From: a virus
Taxonomy: Duplodnaviria > Caudoviricetes
Virus record (IMG/VR): IMGVR_UViG_3300006737_000072
Coordinates: 1 to 37,373 of that record
Length of the DNA stretch: 37,373 nt
Strand: one strand, 5' to 3'
A model generated the notes under the pieces. It saw nothing but the letters and a program-made list of their open reading frames with translations. It was not told where the DNA came from and did no database searches. Made by a program: the position numbers and the translations under genes. How positions within the stretch are numbered: the stretch's first letter is position 1; the number at the start of each line of letters is the position of its first letter. Shown here in pieces: positions 34,835-37,373 of this stretch.

Positions 34835-35361
34835 TGTCCAGCCTCTCTCTCATCCCTACTCTGATCGTAGGTCAACCTCACCAACTGGATGGCTTGGTTC
34901 ATATCAAGACCCAGCCCAGTCAGAACAGGATACCAACTGATCTTGGAGTCACCGTCACCATCAGGCTCAGGTTCAGGCTGAGGCTCAGGCTTTGCCGTGG
35001 CGGGACGAGAAGGGGTCTCCACGCCCTTCCGCTTCTTAGCCTGACGCGAGGCATCCATCACCCGCTTCTTGGCTGAGGAGCCATTGTGGTCCTCGAACCT
35101 TTGGATCTGGATTCCGCCTTCAACCACCTGCAACCAGTCAATGTCAACCATGCACTTGGCAAACCCGGCGGTGGTCTCCTCGTCAACTTCTTCGATGGTC
35201 CAGTGGGCAAGCAGTCCGTCCGTGGTCTGCTCGTCCGCAATGCACCAGATGTTGTAGAGGTGGCCTATGACCTCAGCCCTAGAGCATGTCAATGTTCTTG
35301 CCAGAGTTCGCACTCTGCCATCGCTTGATAGGGTTGTTCTCATCTTTATCCATGCGGGCAT
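34744..35361 (-). CDS. Phage replication initiation protein (lambdoid O/DnaT-like class)
   Basis: WIKMRTTL...VIGHLYNIW...ADEQTTDG...GFAKCMVDIDWL...FEDHNGSSAKKR; PEPQPEPEPDGDGD linker; GAGGAGG RBS. Confidence 0.8.
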   Translation of the reverse strand: MPAWIKMRTTLSSDGRVRTLARTLTCSRAEVIGHLYNIWCIADEQTTDGLLAHWTIEEVDEETTAGFAKCMVDIDWLQVVEGGIQIQRFEDHNGSSAKKRVMDASRQAKKRKGVETPSRPATAKPEPQPEPEPDGDGDSKISWYPVLTGLGLDMNQAIQLVRLTYDQSRDEREAGHCLNSIVTRSRQANTPKAYIRAILKKTYGL

Positions 35362-35692
35362 GTATTACCTCCTCACGCACCGTGTCAAACATTTTGGTAA
35401 CGCCTGAGATGCACCCTCTTCCTTGGGTGTTCAGGCACGTCTCAATCATGCAGTCCAAGATGTCCGCCGCCAGTTTGTCGGAGGTGAACTTCAAGGGGGA
35501 GATCCCCTTGTGTGGGTGCAATCCATTGACCGCCGACCTTGCTTGGTAGTACCAATCCAACGCCTCTTCACGGTGGTGCTTGGTCGGGTTCATGTACGAC
35601 GGAGGCTCAATGATGTAGCCCGGAAGGTGTCGCACCAACGCAGCCGCCATGGCCTTGTTCATCCAGAATTCAAAAAGGGATGTCTGAGTCAT
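35279..35692 (-). CDS. Hypothetical protein (137 aa, start MTQTSLF)
   Basis: AGGAGG before ATG 35692. Confidence 0.72.
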   Translation of the reverse strand: MTQTSLFEFWMNKAMAAALVRHLPGYIIEPPSYMNPTKHHREEALDWYYQARSAVNGLHPHKGISPLKFTSDKLAADILDCMIETCLNTQGRGCISGVTKMFDTVREEVIHARMDKDENNPIKRWQSANSGKNIDML

Positions 35693-36422
35693 TGAAGACC
35701 TCCTGCTTTGCTGCCTGCTGCGGTGGCTGCTCTGCTTCCATTGAGTACGCACGGGTCACCTTGAATCGTGCCTTGCCACGGAACTCTCGGTGTTCACCCA
35801 CGGCTGCGATCTGACCGGGGCAGTTGTTGCGGATTGCCTGCGATGCAGCCTCGTCCCAACACTCAACGTCCATGTCCACGCCGTCAACTGAACCCATGGC
35901 CTTGACCCACTTGGTTCCCTTGGCGGTCTCGTTGTCGAAATACTTTCGCAGTTGAACAACCGATGTGCCGTCGGGTGCTGGACCCGCTGCCCCGCCCCCT
36001 CCACTGGCTGGAGGTGCTGCCGGTGGGGGAGACATGGGGGCTGGGGCAGGAGAAGAGGCAGGCAAGGAGCCTTGCTGACCAATTGCCCTCTCGACTTCAT
36101 CAGCCGAAGCGATGGAGTTGCAGACATCATACCCAAGAATTCCCAAGGCACGACCGATTGCTGAAGTCTCACAGTTCTCGGTGGCTGAGGTCTTGTTGAT
36201 CATGCCTGCGTTGCGATATTCCTCGGCGTGACCAACGGCGATGGGCAGGTGGTTCTCGTCACAGATGGTGGCCTTGTAGACCACACGCTCTTCACCATTA
36301 AAGATGCACTCGGTCAGGACGGCCCGCTCGGGGTGGTCGTATCGGAACCGGGCGACCCGGCTGGCGACGACCTCGTAGTCCTTACCCTTGATGTTCTGGA
36401 TGATTGGTTGTGGTGCGTTCAT
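35670..36422 (-). CDS. Rad52/Sak-like ssDNA annealing protein fused to an OB-fold with SSB-type DIPF tail
   Basis: IKGKDY...GHAEE...INKTSATENCETSAIGRAL...SIASADEV; Pro/Ala linker; VECWDE; C-terminus FNDSDIPF. Confidence 0.78.
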   Translation of the reverse strand: MNAPQPIIQNIKGKDYEVVASRVARFRYDHPERAVLTECIFNGEERVVYKATICDENHLPIAVGHAEEYRNAGMINKTSATENCETSAIGRALGILGYDVCNSIASADEVERAIGQQGSLPASSPAPAPMSPPPAAPPASGGGGAAGPAPDGTSVVQLRKYFDNETAKGTKWVKAMGSVDGVDMDVECWDEAASQAIRNNCPGQIAAVGEHREFRGKARFKVTRAYSMEAEQPPQQAAKQEVFNDSDIPF

Positions 36423-36703
36423 TGATTAGACTCCTTCAAGATTTTCTTTTGTGCCAGAACAAAGAGACCAGATTCAATGCGTGCCTTTTGCTCTTGCTCA
36501 GTCCCGCCAATTGACTCGTTGAACTTTACCCACAGGTCAGTAGCGGCTGAGTTGAAATAATCATCGTCATCATTGTCTGGGCTTTGGTCTTTCGTAGCCA
36601 AAGGCACGAGCCACATGGCGAAGTCAGCAAGTAACTTGTGTTCTCCGGTGATGCGAATGAACTCTTTCAACATGTCTTGTTCCCAAATGGTTGGCTTTGT
36701 CAT
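36419..36703 (-). CDS. Hypothetical protein (94 aa)
   Basis: GGAG RBS; ATGA coupling on both sides. Confidence 0.75.
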   Translation of the reverse strand: MTKPTIWEQDMLKEFIRITGEHKLLADFAMWLVPLATKDQSPDNDDDDYFNSAATDLWVKFNESIGGTEQEQKARIESGLFVLAQKKILKESNQ

Positions 36704-37104
36704 TTGATTGCTCCGATGATCTTCTTTGCGTAGGGGATTGATGATTCACGCCATGGTCCACGGGGTCCTCCGACCCAGATTCTGGCACGGTCAAAGTTGG
36801 TTGGCTTCCGACCGAGTCTCCGCTCGGTGCAGTAGCGGGCGAGGTAAGCCCGCATGACCTTGATGCTGTAGTCCAAGTGTTGGCAGTCAAGGTATGTCCC
36901 GCCGATGCTGGGGTCAAATTTCAACGCATCGTGGTGACACGCTTTTGACACCTGTAGGGGACCGAGTGAGCGGAACTCCTCTTTGCGAGGACACCAGTCA
37001 CCCCAGATCATTCCCTCTTTGCGGCTGGACTCGACGAGCCACGTTGCATCTTCGTACTTGGTGAGATCGGTCAGGCCGATAACGGTACAGATCAGGGCAA
37101 TCAT
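36700..37104 (-). CDS. Lysozyme-like protein (i-type/destabilase or SLT-like fold)
   Basis: VESS catalytic Glu, SLGPLQV, YSIKVMRAYLARY and ARIWVGGPRG motifs; hydrophobic N-terminus; ATGA coupling at 37104. Confidence 0.75.
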   Translation of the reverse strand: MIALICTVIGLTDLTKYEDATWLVESSRKEGMIWGDWCPRKEEFRSLGPLQVSKACHHDALKFDPSIGGTYLDCQHLDYSIKVMRAYLARYCTERRLGRKPTNFDRARIWVGGPRGPWRESSIPYAKKIIGAIK

Positions 37105-37373
37105 CCGAGGACGTTCCCGTACCATGCTGGCATCTCAAGGTCATCGCATCCGACGAACGAATCTTGCAGGTGGCTGTGAGTTTGCAAGTGGTTCATGTGC
37201 GAACCCCACTCATTCAACCGGCCCTCGATAACCCCGGTCGCAGCGGTCAACCAGTTAGGGTCGATCTCCACGAAGCGGACGTTGTGCGGTGCGACGTTGC
37301 GAACGAACCCAACCACGACTCGGTTGACCGGCACGCCGCAGGTGGTGGCTGCCAGCAGGTAGAAGGCCAACTG
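37101..37373 (-). CDS. C-terminus of a PD-(D/E)xK exonuclease (RecE/ExoVIII-like), 5' truncated
   Basis: QLAFY (QxxxY) motif and FVRNVAPHNV; upstream of the annealing protein gene. Confidence 0.7.
   Translation of the reverse strand, partial: QLAFYLLAATTCGVPVNRVVVGFVRNVAPHNVRFVEIDPNWLTAATGVIEGRLNEWGSHMNHLQTHSHLQDSFVGCDDLEMPAWYGNVLG

Larger units (their letters stand above)
1..37373. mobile_element. Tailed dsDNA bacteriophage genome segment (podovirus-like gene set)
   Basis: Terminase-portal-scaffold-capsid-adaptor-nozzle-ejection gene order plus a RusA/replication/recombination block. No host housekeeping genes and no integrase seen. Confidence 0.95.

Noticed and set aside
34961-34990. Hexamer tandem repeat (TCAGGC)n in the initiator gene as iterons
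   Set aside because: It encodes the PEPQPEPEP linker and is explained by protein low complexity; an origin role cannot be excluded but is unsupported.
1-37373. tRNA or rRNA genes
   Set aside because: No cloverleaf or rRNA-like segment recognised; intergenic space is minimal.

Overview
The window is a roughly 37 kb piece of a dsDNA tailed-phage genome, cut inside a gene at both ends. It looks podovirus-like: no tape measure, sheath or major tail gene, a P22/T7-style adaptor and nozzle, and ejection proteins. Layout: (1) a leftward early region (1-3690) of short unknown genes plus an ArdC-like antirestriction protein. It is driven by three near-consensus sigma70 promoters and punctuated by two type II hammerhead ribozymes and two copies of a conserved 3' hairpin. 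(2) A rightward morphogenesis block (3881-34324): small and large terminase, portal, scaffold, major capsid, decoration protein, adaptor, accessory genes, membrane genes, Mtd-N tail fibre, nozzle, ejection proteins, and a 3242-aa polyvalent protein with HExxH, ART-like, GNAT-like and HhH/DUF7178-like modules. (3) A leftward recombination/replication block (34310-37373): RusA, a replication initiator, an annealing protein fused to an SSB-like OB fold, an i-type lysozyme-like protein and an exonuclease. A dockerin-like C-terminal domain hints at a Planctomycetota (Phycisphaerales-like) host. The most notable observations are the repeated promoter-gene-ribozyme-gene cassettes, an apparently real gene nested in the +1 frame of the giant protein right after its GNAT domain, IAKAR repeats at domain boundaries of the giant protein, and two inverted intergenic origin-like elements. 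All family assignments come from motif recognition by eye; no searches were run.
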